DNA of 64,000 nt from Bacillota bacterium (GTDB taxonomy: Bacteria > Bacillota > Clostridia > Lachnospirales > Cellulosilyticaceae). The DNA is taken from contig JAEWMQ010000059.1 of the NCBI GenBank assembly GCA_023393125.1, positions 1-64,000 on the forward strand, read 5' to 3'. The translations under genes and the position numbers were made by a program. Positions 35,101 through 44,536 of the stretch are shown here, piece by piece; within the stretch, counting starts at the first letter, position 1; each line of letters starts with the position of its first letter. Below the pieces are notes generated by a model. That model ran no database searches and was not told where the DNA came from. It saw only the letters and a list, made by a program, of their open reading frames with translations.

Positions 35101-36743
35101 CCAAAGGTAATATTATCAAGATAGATTGCTCCTTTATAATCTGTATTAGTACCGATTAAACCTAAAGTAAACTCTTTAATGTCTGTTTTACCGCCAATAT
35201 TTAAAGTAACTGTTCCTTTTTTAAGACCATTACCATAGTCTTTAATATTTTTTACTACAGCATAACTATTTAATACATCTTTCTCATCTACATCCTTAGC
35301 AAATACTTTTGCTTGGAAACTTCCCTTACTCATCATAGCTGGATTATATATTAAATCTATTTTTAATTGTGTATACCCTGTTAAATTAAATGCCTCATCT
35401 AAAGCACCTTTAATTTTTGCTTCACTCCAACTTTTCCCTGCATCCGCACTATAATCTAAATCAACCGCTAAAGCGCCACCTGTTTTTTCAGAGTCATACC
35501 CGATTGTAATGTCTCCGCTATATTCCCAAGCACCTTCTTTGCTCCAACCGTTTATACTATCTGGTGTATCAAATCTAAATACAATAGGATCAACCTCTGG
35601 TAAAGGTTCTTCAGGCGCTGCTTCAGTTGGAACTAAGAGGCGAACATTTGTAAGGTACATTTTTCCTGTATAGTCACAATTACTTGTTGCTATTCTTGGA
35701 ATAATTGCTTTTAATCCTTGTTCTGCTTCAATTTCCTCTGCAAATTTAACACTTAATGTTACCTTTTTATAACCATTTCCCAAAGAGGTAAACCCATCTA
35801 CCTTTACTTCTGGATTATGATTAGATTGTGTCCATGTCCAGCTATCTCCTAACTTAACAACTGCTTGCCCTTTTAAGCTTCCAGCATAAACTGCATCTTC
35901 CGGCAAAATAACATCAAACTCTAAAGTCGTTCCTGCATAAAGCTTTTCATCATATGTTGCTGATAATTCTGGCTCAATTATAATAGACCAATCTGATGCT
36001 GCATCTGCTTTGACATCATACGCTAGAGCCTTAACACCAGCTACCTCAACTGCTTTATCATCTTCTTCAAACTTATTTTCATAAACAGCTTTTAGGCTTT
36101 GCTCTTCCTGTTTTTCACCTGCTATTAACTTAACGTTATCTATATACATCTTTCCTTCATAATCACAATTACTTGTTGCTACTCTTGGAATAATTGCTTT
36201 TAACCCTTGCTTAGCTTCAATCTCTTCTGCAAATTTAATACTTAATGTTACCTTTTTATAGCCATTTCCTAAAGAGGTAAAATCATCTACTTTTACTTCT
36301 GGGTTATGATTAGATTGTGTCCATGTCCAGCTATCTCCTAGCTTAACAACTGCTTGGCCTTTTAAGCCACCTGCATAAGTTGCGTCTTCTGGCAGAATAA
36401 CATCAAACTCTAAAATAGTTCCTGAATAAAGCTTTTCATCATATGTTGCCGATAATTCTGGTTCAATTACAATAGTCCAATCGGATGTTACATCTGCCTT
36501 TACATCAAATTCTTTAGCTTTATTATCCCCTATTACTTTAGCCTCAGCATCATCTTCAAAATCATTCGTATAAACTATATTAAGTGCTTGTCCTGTTGCT
36601 GTCTTACTATATGTACTTTGCTCCTCAGCTCTTTGTACATGTTGTACGTTATTTACTGTTTCAGCCCAAATAAACTCTCCTGATAAACTTGTCCCTATTA
36701 ATGTTAGCGTTAGTAAGGATGCTTGCACCTTCTTATTAAACAT
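32148..36743 (-). CDS. Secreted multi-domain GH26 (beta-mannanase-type) with several CBM-like modules and a C-terminal Cu-amine-oxidase-N-like cell-wall-binding domain
   Basis: 1531 aa with a signal peptide. Two tandem ~155-aa CBM-like repeats and a third CBM-like module. GH26 core (…LFRPFHENTGSWFWWG…, nucleophile AVTETG). Gly/Ser linker, more beta-sandwich modules, and a C-terminal …DGVTMVPIRIIAEQLGAEVKW… domain. Confidence 0.75.
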   Translation of the reverse strand: MFNKKVQASLLTLTLIGTSLSGEFIWAETVNNVQHVQRAEEQSTYSKTATGQALNIVYTNDFEDDAEAKVIGDNKAKEFDVKADVTSDWTIVIEPELSATYDEKLYSGTILEFDVILPEDATYAGGLKGQAVVKLGDSWTWTQSNHNPEVKVDDFTSLGNGYKKVTLSIKFAEEIEAKQGLKAIIPRVATSNCDYEGKMYIDNVKLIAGEKQEEQSLKAVYENKFEEDDKAVEVAGVKALAYDVKADAASDWSIIIEPELSATYDEKLYAGTTLEFDVILPEDAVYAGSLKGQAVVKLGDSWTWTQSNHNPEVKVDGFTSLGNGYKKVTLSVKFAEEIEAEQGLKAIIPRIATSNCDYTGKMYLTNVRLLVPTEAAPEEPLPEVDPIVFRFDTPDSINGWSKEGAWEYSGDITIGYDSEKTGGALAVDLDYSADAGKSWSEAKIKGALDEAFNLTGYTQLKIDLIYNPAMMSKGSFQAKVFAKDVDEKDVLNSYAVVKNIKDYGNGLKKGTVTLNIGGKTDIKEFTLGLIGTNTDYKGAIYLDNITFGQGGSENDEYYVNTTIPVEAQTPISVSSNGIIANGITQNISREVKLVDEKATANTAKLYAYLDAVGETDSVLFGHQNDIHHKVGSKSLSKSDTEDVTGSISAVVGIDTLSLTGNELGEAKDPQSKRVADCATMTKEAAANGAIITLSAHMPNFQIIQERIDDGNGYLEDGSIDFSGYTPGVTSGDSVKRIMPGQDLNGVYTQYLDLIAEYAHALGDTPVLFRPFHENTGSWFWWGAAYCDAEAYKNLYSYTVDYLRDVKGVHNFIYVYSPGAEAENKADFEKRYPGDDYVDMIGFDMYHDSPRATDSFISNLKNQIQIVDGFAKEHNKLFAVTETGIRNGSKDALLLTGNTRKDWYNEILEAVAPSSASYFLLWANFGENDGYYTPFVVSKKDDVVRGHEMLDNFIDFYNDSRSVFANEMGDYAALNVNVKDEATPTGFITNPVSGSRILEATTITATIRNVLPGDKVSFKVYDKDGNIKSTYIATAKESGEFEAKVTSEDLKTIGQTLGTIKLFVNDKLCNTINAKFNMPEATADVKIVDNFETYYGDSDEMSGKWASAKGAGCSIKPTLNAKRYEGNYGLAFNYTLIADGYAGVTKNLGGIDWSGTNALQFWTIPDGKSQKVVVQITSEGKVFEAYLQEFEDYNKFANEPVLVTIPFSKFIPRDNKTDEFKTSSIDSFGLFCNTIVPTGVSSDNFELNSTLYYDSIRSINSDKTEVTFEKSIDLSNSGSTGGGSTGGDSSGGGSSSSSGSTTVVTQNSIQIADSKFEVKAVIDSISKALQEATEKAGKATVLDKKFIFKVDSKEENNSVATKVTFDLKNVKVEGPLTLVKYEQQKDGTYKMIRLGGTYNKEAESFVAYVTGKGDYALVQDENLRKLQLSINDQRIYFNDETITSDVAPYIKDGVTMVPIRIIAEQLGAEVKWNSKTKEVNITKGEKTLVLSVRQGDAEIKDARTYVKLRYVSEEFGADVHWIPDSKMIYVVE
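35636..36566. repeat. Intragenic tandem duplication (~465 bp x2, ~90 % nt identity) encoding duplicated CBM-like modules
   Basis: Long near-identical stretches, e.g. 35686-36040 vs 36166-36530 (tcacaattacttgttgctaYtcttggaataattgcttttaa…ccatgtccagctatctcctaRcttaacaactgcttg…). Confidence 0.8.
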
Positions 36744-37158
36744 GTAATTCCCCCCTTAAATATTTTAATTCCTATTTAAGAAATATTTTAACTCATTATT
36801 AAGTATATTTTAATATAAATTATCTTTTTTAAGCCTATTGATTTTTATTCATTAAATATATCACTTAATAACTTTGTCAGTATTTCTACCCTTAATTATA
36901 ATGAATTTAAACAATTTGTCCAATACTTTATTCAAAATTTATTATATTTAATTTAATAATCTGCATTATTACTTTAATTATTAATCTATTTTTATCTATA
37001 AATTACTTTTTCTTATTTTCTAAAAACATCTTATCCCCCTATTTTCAGTGCTTACCATTAAATCATTCCACGATAAAAGGACTGTTATAATTAACAGCCC
37101 TTTTATTTTTATGCACAAAATATTCTATTATCCTCGTAGCATTTGTTTTGCTTTCTTT

Positions 37159-38478
37159 CTATTCAAGTGTATATGTAAAGTTAGATATCACAGTTCCTGA
37201 ACCTTGAAATCCAAAATCTACTGATTTGCCTGCAGCAATAGCTTTGTTCCAAGAAACCGGAGTAATAATTAATTTATCCCCAGACTCAGTAATTGTTGCA
37301 TTCCATATATTTGTAATTTGGAAATCTGCTTTATTTACAATAAGCTTCCACTCTTCTATATTTGTACTTCCTTCATTTTTAATTGTTATTTGCATCGTAT
37401 AACCCACATTCCATGCATTAACAACTTTTGATAAACTCAATGTGTTAGAAGGTGTTGGTGTTGGTGTTGGTGTTGGTGTTGGCGTTGGCGTGGGTGTTGG
37501 TGTTGGTGTTGGAACAGAGCTATCTTTTAAGTAACTCTTTAACCATTGCAATGCAGGACGTTCTGTTCCAGAAGCAGTTATAAGGTGTGTGTTACTCTTC
37601 CATGTCTTACCTTCAATATATCCCCACAATGTAACCCCTTTTACACCTGTGTGCTCCCATAATACAGGGAATTTTTCTTTATAAAGTGCAAGTTGTGTAT
37701 TATCATCACCAGACATATCAAGCTCTGATACATAAATAGGTAATCCTGTTGATGCTAATTTATCCAAATTAGTCTTCATTGTACTAACCGAAACATAATT
37801 CATATTAAATTCATGGCACTGAATACCAATTCCATCAACTAGATTTCTCTCTTTTAACAAATTAATAATTTGAATATATTGATTAGTAGCATTGGTATCA
37901 CTAATAATACCATATTCATTAATTAACAACTTGCCTTTACAATACTTCCTTGCTTGAGTAAAGGACCAAATAACCCAATCCCATCCTGTTTCACCATCTC
38001 CACCAATTGCATCTTTATATGATGGTTTAGCATGTAGAGGTTCATTAACAACGTCTATCATATCGGCTGTTGTATATCTTGATCCTACCGCCTTAATCCA
38101 TTCCAAGACTTCTTCTTGCTGCTCTACTTTAGAAAGACTTTTGATCCAGCTAGGTTCTTGGCTACCCCATACTAATGTATGGAATTTAAAAGGATAGTTA
38201 TTTTGCTTGGCATAATTAAAATAGCTATCTAATGTAGTCCAGTTCATACTGTCTCTAGCTCCCTCAACTGCATCCCACTTACTTGCATTTTCTGGTGTAA
38301 CTTGATTCCAATAGGTTCCAAAATCACCAGGAATACTATTTCCAATGATATTACCTAAAAACTTGCTACCACTCGTCATACTAGCATAAGTATCTTGTTT
38401 TGGTATGATAGTGGCTAACACCATGAATCCTGCTACAAGAAGAGCCGTGTACTTTTTACTTAACTTCATTAATCTCAT
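37159..38478 (-). CDS. Secreted GH10-like endo-1,4-beta-xylanase with (Thr-Pro)n linker and C-terminal CBM2
   Basis: 439 aa with a signal peptide. Clan GH-A / GH10 motifs (WNQVTPENASKW, HTLVWGSQEPSW, acid/base DVVNEP, nucleophile VSELD). PTPTPTPTPTPTPTPTPTPTP linker. C-terminal CBM2-like module ending …SVDFGFQGSG. Confidence 0.7.
   Translation of the reverse strand: MRLMKLSKKYTALLVAGFMVLATIIPKQDTYASMTSGSKFLGNIIGNSIPGDFGTYWNQVTPENASKWDAVEGARDSMNWTTLDSYFNYAKQNNYPFKFHTLVWGSQEPSWIKSLSKVEQQEEVLEWIKAVGSRYTTADMIDVVNEPLHAKPSYKDAIGGDGETGWDWVIWSFTQARKYCKGKLLINEYGIISDTNATNQYIQIINLLKERNLVDGIGIQCHEFNMNYVSVSTMKTNLDKLASTGLPIYVSELDMSGDDNTQLALYKEKFPVLWEHTGVKGVTLWGYIEGKTWKSNTHLITASGTERPALQWLKSYLKDSSVPTPTPTPTPTPTPTPTPTPTPSNTLSLSKVVNAWNVGYTMQITIKNEGSTNIEEWKLIVNKADFQITNIWNATITESGDKLIITPVSWNKAIAAGKSVDFGFQGSGTVISNFTYTLE
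37456..37512. repeat. Hexanucleotide microsatellite (GGTGTT/GGCGTT x ~9) encoding the (TP)n linker
   Basis: ggtgttggtgttggtgttggtgttggcgttggcgtgggtgttggtgttggtgttgga. Confidence 0.8.
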
Positions 38479-38659
38479 AAATATTCCTCCTTAATAGAAT
38501 TTTAAATCAAACTTTCTATTTGATTTATGATGTATAGTTTTTCTCTAACACCTAATAAAATTCTAATATAGTTTCAGAATATTTTAAATATTTTTGTTTA
38601 TTATGTATGTTTTTGTGATGTATTTTGTTATTTTTTTGTTCATTTCTACCAACATTCAA

Positions 38660-39487
38660 TCACCCCTTAACAGCTCCCATTACTAAACTATCTTGCACTT
38701 GTCTATTAAGTAGCAAATAAATAACTATCGTTGGTATGGTTGCTACAACTAGTGCAGCTCCAATAGGTCCCCATTGTGTTAAAAACTGGCCTGACATAGA
38801 CTGAATACCTACTGTTAGTGTTTTCTTTGCATTATTGCTAATGAATACAGTTGCAAACATCAACTCATTCCAAGCTTGTATAAATGTAAAAATGGATACT
38901 GTGGCTATAGCCGGCTTTAATAAAGGTAGAATGACTGTTAAAAAAATCTTATAGATACTCGCACCATCTATGCTTGCTGATTCCTCTAATTCTCTTGGAA
39001 TACCTGCTACAAAACCTGCCATAATCATAATCGCTACTGGCATAGCAAAGGCTACATACGGAATAATTAATGACCATGTGGTATTTAGTATATGTAAGGT
39101 TTGCATCATATAAAATACAGGTAATAAAGCAGCATGAATAGGAATCATAATACCTATCATAAAAATAGTCATAGCTATCTTTCTAAGTTTCCATACCATT
39201 CGTTCTAATGCATAGCTGGCTGTTACCGCTACTATTATAGTTAATAAGATGGTCATACCTGTAACAATCACACTATTTAATAAGTAAATACCTACATTGC
39301 CTCCCATAAATGCTGACTGATAGTTCGAAAAAATCCAATTTCTAGGAAGTCCGGCTATATTCTCACCAAATATTTCTGCGTTATCTTTAAGAGAAAAACA
39401 CACTAACCAATAAATGGGGAACAGGCATATTATAGTCCATATGCCCAGTAATAAATATTTTAAACCTATCACTATCTTTTTACCCAT
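38660..39487 (-). CDS. Carbohydrate ABC transporter permease (MalG-like)
   Basis: 275 aa, 6 TM. EAA loop …ELEESASIDGASIYKIFLTVILPLLKP…. Confidence 0.85.
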   Translation of the reverse strand: MGKKIVIGLKYLLLGIWTIICLFPIYWLVCFSLKDNAEIFGENIAGLPRNWIFSNYQSAFMGGNVGIYLLNSVIVTGMTILLTIIVAVTASYALERMVWKLRKIAMTIFMIGIMIPIHAALLPVFYMMQTLHILNTTWSLIIPYVAFAMPVAIMIMAGFVAGIPRELEESASIDGASIYKIFLTVILPLLKPAIATVSIFTFIQAWNELMFATVFISNNAKKTLTVGIQSMSGQFLTQWGPIGAALVVATIPTIVIYLLLNRQVQDSLVMGAVKG

Positions 39488-39501
39488 GTGCTTTACCTCC
39501 T

Positions 39502-40389
39502 TTAATAACGTTTCTCTATTTGACTAAAAATGCCTCTAGCTAAACCTGTAAAAATAAAACACTCAATAATAATAAATACTGCCATAGCACTTCCATAGCC
39601 ATATCGATAACTATTAAAAATACTTTTAACCATAAGCGTACTTGGCACTTCACTTGCACCTGCTGGACCGCCATTAGTCAGTACAAATACTAAATCAAAT
39701 ACTTTAAGTGATCCTGTTACTGATAAAATAGTGCTTACCTTAAGCATGGGAATAATAAGTGGTATCGTTATCTTAGTTGCCATTTTCCTGCTACTTGCAC
39801 CATCTATTTGAGCTGCCTCATAAATATCAGGTGATATCGTCTTGATTGCAGCATATAGCAAAAGCATATGATAACCTACATACTGCCACAAAATAGGTAC
39901 AAAAGAAGCCCCTAAAGCTGTACTTGTTTCTCCTAACCAAGCTTTTGCCCACTTCCCTAAACCTATTGCTCTTAAAAATGTATTAAGTAACCCATAATCA
40001 GGATTATAAACTTTCATCCATAGCTGCCCAATAACAACCGTTGCTAATACAACTGGTATAAAAAACACCGTCCTAAAAAAGCCCTCTCCCTTAATACCAT
40101 TCGCTAAAACAAGCGCTAGTATTAAAGAAATTGGTATTTGAATCACTAATGATACTACCAAGAAAAATAAGGAATTCCTAACACCTTTAGGGAACCCATC
40201 CTTGTTATTTATAAAGAGTTCTTTAAAGTTATCCATTCCAATAAATTTAGCCGTACCAAAACCATTCCAATCTAATGTTGAGTAATATCCTGATAAAATA
40301 ACAGGTAATACGATAATTAGCAAAAAGAAGAATGTTGCTGGTAGCATAAATAGAAAAATAGCTTTCTTATCAGCGAAAATATTCTTCAT
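39502..40389 (-). CDS. Carbohydrate ABC transporter permease (MalF-like)
   Basis: 295 aa, 6 TM. …EAAQIDGASSRKMATKITIPLIIP…. Confidence 0.85.
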   Translation of the reverse strand: MKNIFADKKAIFLFMLPATFFFLLIIVLPVILSGYYSTLDWNGFGTAKFIGMDNFKELFINNKDGFPKGVRNSLFFLVVSLVIQIPISLILALVLANGIKGEGFFRTVFFIPVVLATVVIGQLWMKVYNPDYGLLNTFLRAIGLGKWAKAWLGETSTALGASFVPILWQYVGYHMLLLYAAIKTISPDIYEAAQIDGASSRKMATKITIPLIIPMLKVSTILSVTGSLKVFDLVFVLTNGGPAGASEVPSTLMVKSIFNSYRYGYGSAMAVFIIIECFIFTGLARGIFSQIEKRY

Positions 40390-40493
40390 CTCATCTCTCC
40401 CCCTCTATCACAAAGTTCTCTATCATCAAGTCCTGTTTAGAAAAGCCACTGTTAGCTTAAGTTCTGCTTAAACAACAGTGGCTTTGTATTTAA

Positions 40494-41837
40494 CTATTCA
40501 TTCATGGTTTGTAATTGTTTTACAAATTCTTCTGGTGTAATTTGTTTCGCAAATAATTCTGCTGATTTATTCATATATGTTTCAGAATCTTCCCCCTCAA
40601 GTAATGTATTCCACCATAAAGTAAAGGAATTAGAGTCCTGAATCAAATCAACTAATTGTAATGTCAGTGGATCAATTTGAGATTCATCTACATCTACTTT
40701 CCATGTTGGGATACCAGCCCCACTTAAGTATAAGTTCTTAGAAAATTTTTCAGAGATTGTTCTTAATGCATATACTGCTTCTTTAGGATGTTTTGTAGCA
40801 GCATTAACTACAAAGGTTTCAGCTACGCCACCAGTAAAATCATTAACATTGCTCTTTTCATTAATCGTTGGGAATTTAGCAATTGCGATTTTACCTTTTA
40901 CAGGACAATCATCTGCATTGATATTTCCAATTGTCCAGCTACCATTAACGTACATTGGTATTTGACCATTATAGAAAGGTACCTCCGATTCATCTCTCGA
41001 TACTCCCAAAGCACCATTCGTAAATGCACCCATGTCTACAAGTTCTTGTAATTTAGCAGCACCTTCAATAATACCCTCATCTACAAAAGAGCCTTTTTTA
41101 GTCAAAGCATTATAACATGTTTCATAACCTGCTGCTCTTGTTTCTATAATATCTAAATACATATCAATACACCATCTATCTTTTGCCCCTACTGCCATTG
41201 GTGTGATACCATTATCCTTAAATGTTTTACAAGCTGTTACTAATTCATCCCATGTTTCAGGAATTTTAACACTATATTTATTAAATAAATCTGTATTTAC
41301 AAAGAATGTACCAACTGACATTGAGTGCCCAATACCATAAATCTTTCCGTCAAATGTCATATTGGTCAGTGTACCATTTAATATTTTATCTTTCGTAGCA
41401 TCATCAAGGTACTCATCTAGTGCAAGTACTTTACCTGCATCTACGATATTCTTCATATAACCGCCGCTCCAATAAAAATAAATATCTGGCGCTTCATTAG
41501 CTGCAATTGTCGCTGTCATCTTAGTTTTATAAGTTTCATTTTCAGTTGCATCTAATACTACCTGAATATTAGGATTTTCTTCATTAAACTCTTTTACTGC
41601 TGCTTCAAATGGCGCTTTACTAGATTCACTTTCCGCTGCCCAAATGTGCCACAAATTCAAGGTAACCACTTCATCTGGGCTAGTTTCTGCTTTTTGTTTT
41701 ACTTCTGAACTTGTACTAGCAGTGTTTTCAGGTTCAGTACCATTCCCCCTTGTATTAGTACCTCCTGTACATCCTATCATTGAAAATGCCATCATGCTTG
41801 AGATTAAGAATGTTACTACCTTTTTAAATTTCCCCAT
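40494..41837 (-). CDS. Carbohydrate ABC transporter substrate-binding lipoprotein (family 1 SBP)
   Basis: 447 aa. Lipobox …AFSMIGCTGG, followed by a Thr/Ser-rich linker. Confidence 0.85.
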   Translation of the reverse strand: MGKFKKVVTFLISSMMAFSMIGCTGGTNTRGNGTEPENTASTSSEVKQKAETSPDEVVTLNLWHIWAAESESSKAPFEAAVKEFNEENPNIQVVLDATENETYKTKMTATIAANEAPDIYFYWSGGYMKNIVDAGKVLALDEYLDDATKDKILNGTLTNMTFDGKIYGIGHSMSVGTFFVNTDLFNKYSVKIPETWDELVTACKTFKDNGITPMAVGAKDRWCIDMYLDIIETRAAGYETCYNALTKKGSFVDEGIIEGAAKLQELVDMGAFTNGALGVSRDESEVPFYNGQIPMYVNGSWTIGNINADDCPVKGKIAIAKFPTINEKSNVNDFTGGVAETFVVNAATKHPKEAVYALRTISEKFSKNLYLSGAGIPTWKVDVDESQIDPLTLQLVDLIQDSNSFTLWWNTLLEGEDSETYMNKSAELFAKQITPEEFVKQLQTMNE

Positions 41838-41958
41838 CTTATCCCCTCCTGGATATATTGTAGCTTTTTACAACTAAATCCTTGATATACTTTTATTTTA
41901 TAGGCATTTTGTATTTATGTACACGTATTCAGATGTTTAAAAATAGTATTTTTTTTAC

Positions 41959-42714
41959 CTATTTTAAGTCATTCTTATGATTTTTTATTACTTTTTTATA
42001 ATCATTAATAGACATCCCCCTATTTTTCTTAAAACATTTACTAAAATAAGTAGCATCTACCACACCTACCAATTCAGCTATTTCATAAGCTTTCTTATCT
42101 GTATTTTCAAGGTACCATATAGCTCTCTCAATTCTTGCCTTTGTAAGATATTCTATAAAAGATTCGCCTACCTCTCTCTTGAATAATCTACTTAAATAAG
42201 ATGAATTTAAAAAAAAATGAGCAGCTACTGTTGATAAGGCTAAATCTTGATCACTTAAATGCTCTCTTACATACTCTAACACCTGCTGAATTACTGGCCT
42301 TGATGCACTTTCGTTTTCACTAATGCCATACTTAATCCGCCTTTCCTTCACCTTTATAATAGCTTTTTCTAAAGCTTCATTTAATTCACTTTTTCTAATA
42401 GGTTTTAAAAGATAATCAGACACCCCTAATTTGATAGCTCTTTGGGCATATTCAAATTCTTCATAGGCACTAATCATAAGAATAATCAAATCTGGATTAT
42501 AAGCTAACGCCTTTTGAGTCAACTCTAACCCATTCACAATAGGCATCTTTATATCCGTAATCACTATATCTGGATATTTTTGCTTAATCACTGCCATTCC
42601 TTCTTCCCCATTAGCAGCTTCACAAATCATATTTATCCCTAGTTCCTTATTAATAAGTAGCTTAATAAGTCCCCTTGTTTTCTCTTCATCATCAATTATG
42701 AGTACTTTAATCAT
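41959..42714 (-). CDS. Two-component response regulator, REC + AraC HTH (short YesN-like)
   Basis: 251 aa. MIKVLIIDDEE…DIKMPIVNGLEL…LLKP. C-terminal AraC HTH. Confidence 0.85.
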   Translation of the reverse strand: MIKVLIIDDEEKTRGLIKLLINKELGINMICEAANGEEGMAVIKQKYPDIVITDIKMPIVNGLELTQKALAYNPDLIILMISAYEEFEYAQRAIKLGVSDYLLKPIRKSELNEALEKAIIKVKERRIKYGISENESASRPVIQQVLEYVREHLSDQDLALSTVAAHFFLNSSYLSRLFKREVGESFIEYLTKARIERAIWYLENTDKKAYEIAELVGVVDATYFSKCFKKNRGMSINDYKKVIKNHKNDLK

Positions 42715-44501
42715 TATTCTCTACTCCCCCCTATCGGTATATAAAGCGTTATCTTCGTCCCCCTATCTTCCTCACTTTCTATACTATATAAATCTCTTCT
42801 TTCAAAAAAAATGTTCAATCGTTCAAAAGTTCCTCTTAGCCCAAAGCTTGCCTTATTATTCATAATGGATGCTATTTTTTCTCCTGCCATACCAACTCCA
42901 TCATCTTCTACTTCAAGTAAAATATAATTATCTTCTAATCTCGAACGAATGGCGATATGCCCTAATTGTTGTTTTGGTTTAATGCCATGATAAATAGCAT
43001 TTTCCACTAATGGTTGTAGTATAAGTTTTGGTACTGTATAGGATAGTACACAAGCTTCTATTTCAAAGGTAAACTGTATGGTCTCTCCATATCTCATTTG
43101 TTGCAGGTATAAATAATCTTTTACAATATTTATTTCCTCTTCAAGTGAAATAATTTCACTTCCCTTACTTAAACTAGTACGATAATAATTTCCAAAGGCT
43201 TCTAGCGCTTCACAAAGTTCGTCATTTCTTCCTGAATAAGCTAAAAACCTCATGGCATCAATAGTATTGTATAAAAAGTGAGGCTTTACTTGTTCTTGCA
43301 ACATCCTAAGTTCAGCAGTTCTCTTAAACTGCTGTTCTGCATAAATTCTTTTTATGAGTTTTTCAATCTCATCTACCATATCATTATAATGATTTTTAAG
43401 TTCACCAACCTCATCGCCTCCTGTCTTTATATCTACCTTTATAAACTTTCCAGCCTCCATCTGTTTCATTGAATGAACCAATCTTTCAATAGGTTTTGTA
43501 ATAGTGTGAGACATAATCAAACAGCTCATCATAACAAAAATACCACTCATAATAATAATAACAACAATCGCTACTTGATAAGGTTCACTCTCTAGTTCCT
43601 TTATTGGAATACTCATAATAGCCATCCAACCATATTTAGATAACACTTTGTATGAAAATAAATATCTACTATTATTTACACTCACAATACGTGATCCTGT
43701 CTCACCCTTTAATCCTTTAGGAAAAATCTCATTAATTATTTCTTTAGAGATATCTCCTTCTATAGCAATTACTTTTTGATTTTCATTCAGCAATAAAATA
43801 TTAGGACTATATCCACTTGAAATTTCATCATAATTACTTTTAAATGCTTCCTCTGAAATGTTAATCATCAATGTTCCTATAGGTTTCATTGTCACTGTGC
43901 TATTAATAATACGAATTAAAGAAATAGTATTTTCTGCCTCTCCATTTAAAAAAATATCGTCTGCATTAATCTCAATAATATAATAACCTTTTTCATCCTT
44001 TGCTCTCTCATACCAAGAAGCCTCTTCAATAGATGCAAATTTTAAAGACTTCAAAGAATGCTTATCTGAACCATATCGATGACCATAATTATCAAATACA
44101 TAAATGGACTGAACATAAGGTATAGAGTGCACCATCTCCACTAAAGCAGTCGAAACCCGATTTTGATTAGCTACTAATTCAGTATTACTCTTTTCTTTAA
44201 TAACTTGTTGAATTTCATTATTAGCTAGTATAATTCTAGAATTATTGCTAACATTAGTAATGACATTATCAATATTCGTTTCAAGTGAACTTAATGATTG
44301 TGTTATTAGGCTTACTTGTTTTTCAATAGTCATTTGATTACTTATATAAGCGTAGATAGTAAGAGATATACTTAAGGAAAAAACCAAAAAACACATATAC
44401 ATAATAGACAACTTAATTGAAATCTTCCAATCTGAATATGCTAACTTTCTCATAGTTATTCTCCTTAATATCTCAAAATAAACAAAAAAGGTGCTGTACA
44501 A
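42714..44501 (-). CDS. Sensor histidine kinase, YesM family
   Basis: 595 aa. 2 TM plus a sensing domain. His-kinase motif …QVKPHFLYNTIDAMRF…. HATPase G-boxes (DDGVGM, GLRGT). Confidence 0.85.
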   Translation of the reverse strand: MYSTFFVYFEILRRITMRKLAYSDWKISIKLSIMYMCFLVFSLSISLTIYAYISNQMTIEKQVSLITQSLSSLETNIDNVITNVSNNSRIILANNEIQQVIKEKSNTELVANQNRVSTALVEMVHSIPYVQSIYVFDNYGHRYGSDKHSLKSLKFASIEEASWYERAKDEKGYYIIEINADDIFLNGEAENTISLIRIINSTVTMKPIGTLMINISEEAFKSNYDEISSGYSPNILLLNENQKVIAIEGDISKEIINEIFPKGLKGETGSRIVSVNNSRYLFSYKVLSKYGWMAIMSIPIKELESEPYQVAIVVIIIMSGIFVMMSCLIMSHTITKPIERLVHSMKQMEAGKFIKVDIKTGGDEVGELKNHYNDMVDEIEKLIKRIYAEQQFKRTAELRMLQEQVKPHFLYNTIDAMRFLAYSGRNDELCEALEAFGNYYRTSLSKGSEIISLEEEINIVKDYLYLQQMRYGETIQFTFEIEACVLSYTVPKLILQPLVENAIYHGIKPKQQLGHIAIRSRLEDNYILLEVEDDGVGMAGEKIASIMNNKASFGLRGTFERLNIFFERRDLYSIESEEDRGTKITLYIPIGGSRE

Positions 44502-44536
44502 CCTATTCCTTAGTTGTGCAACACCTTTTTTAGTCT

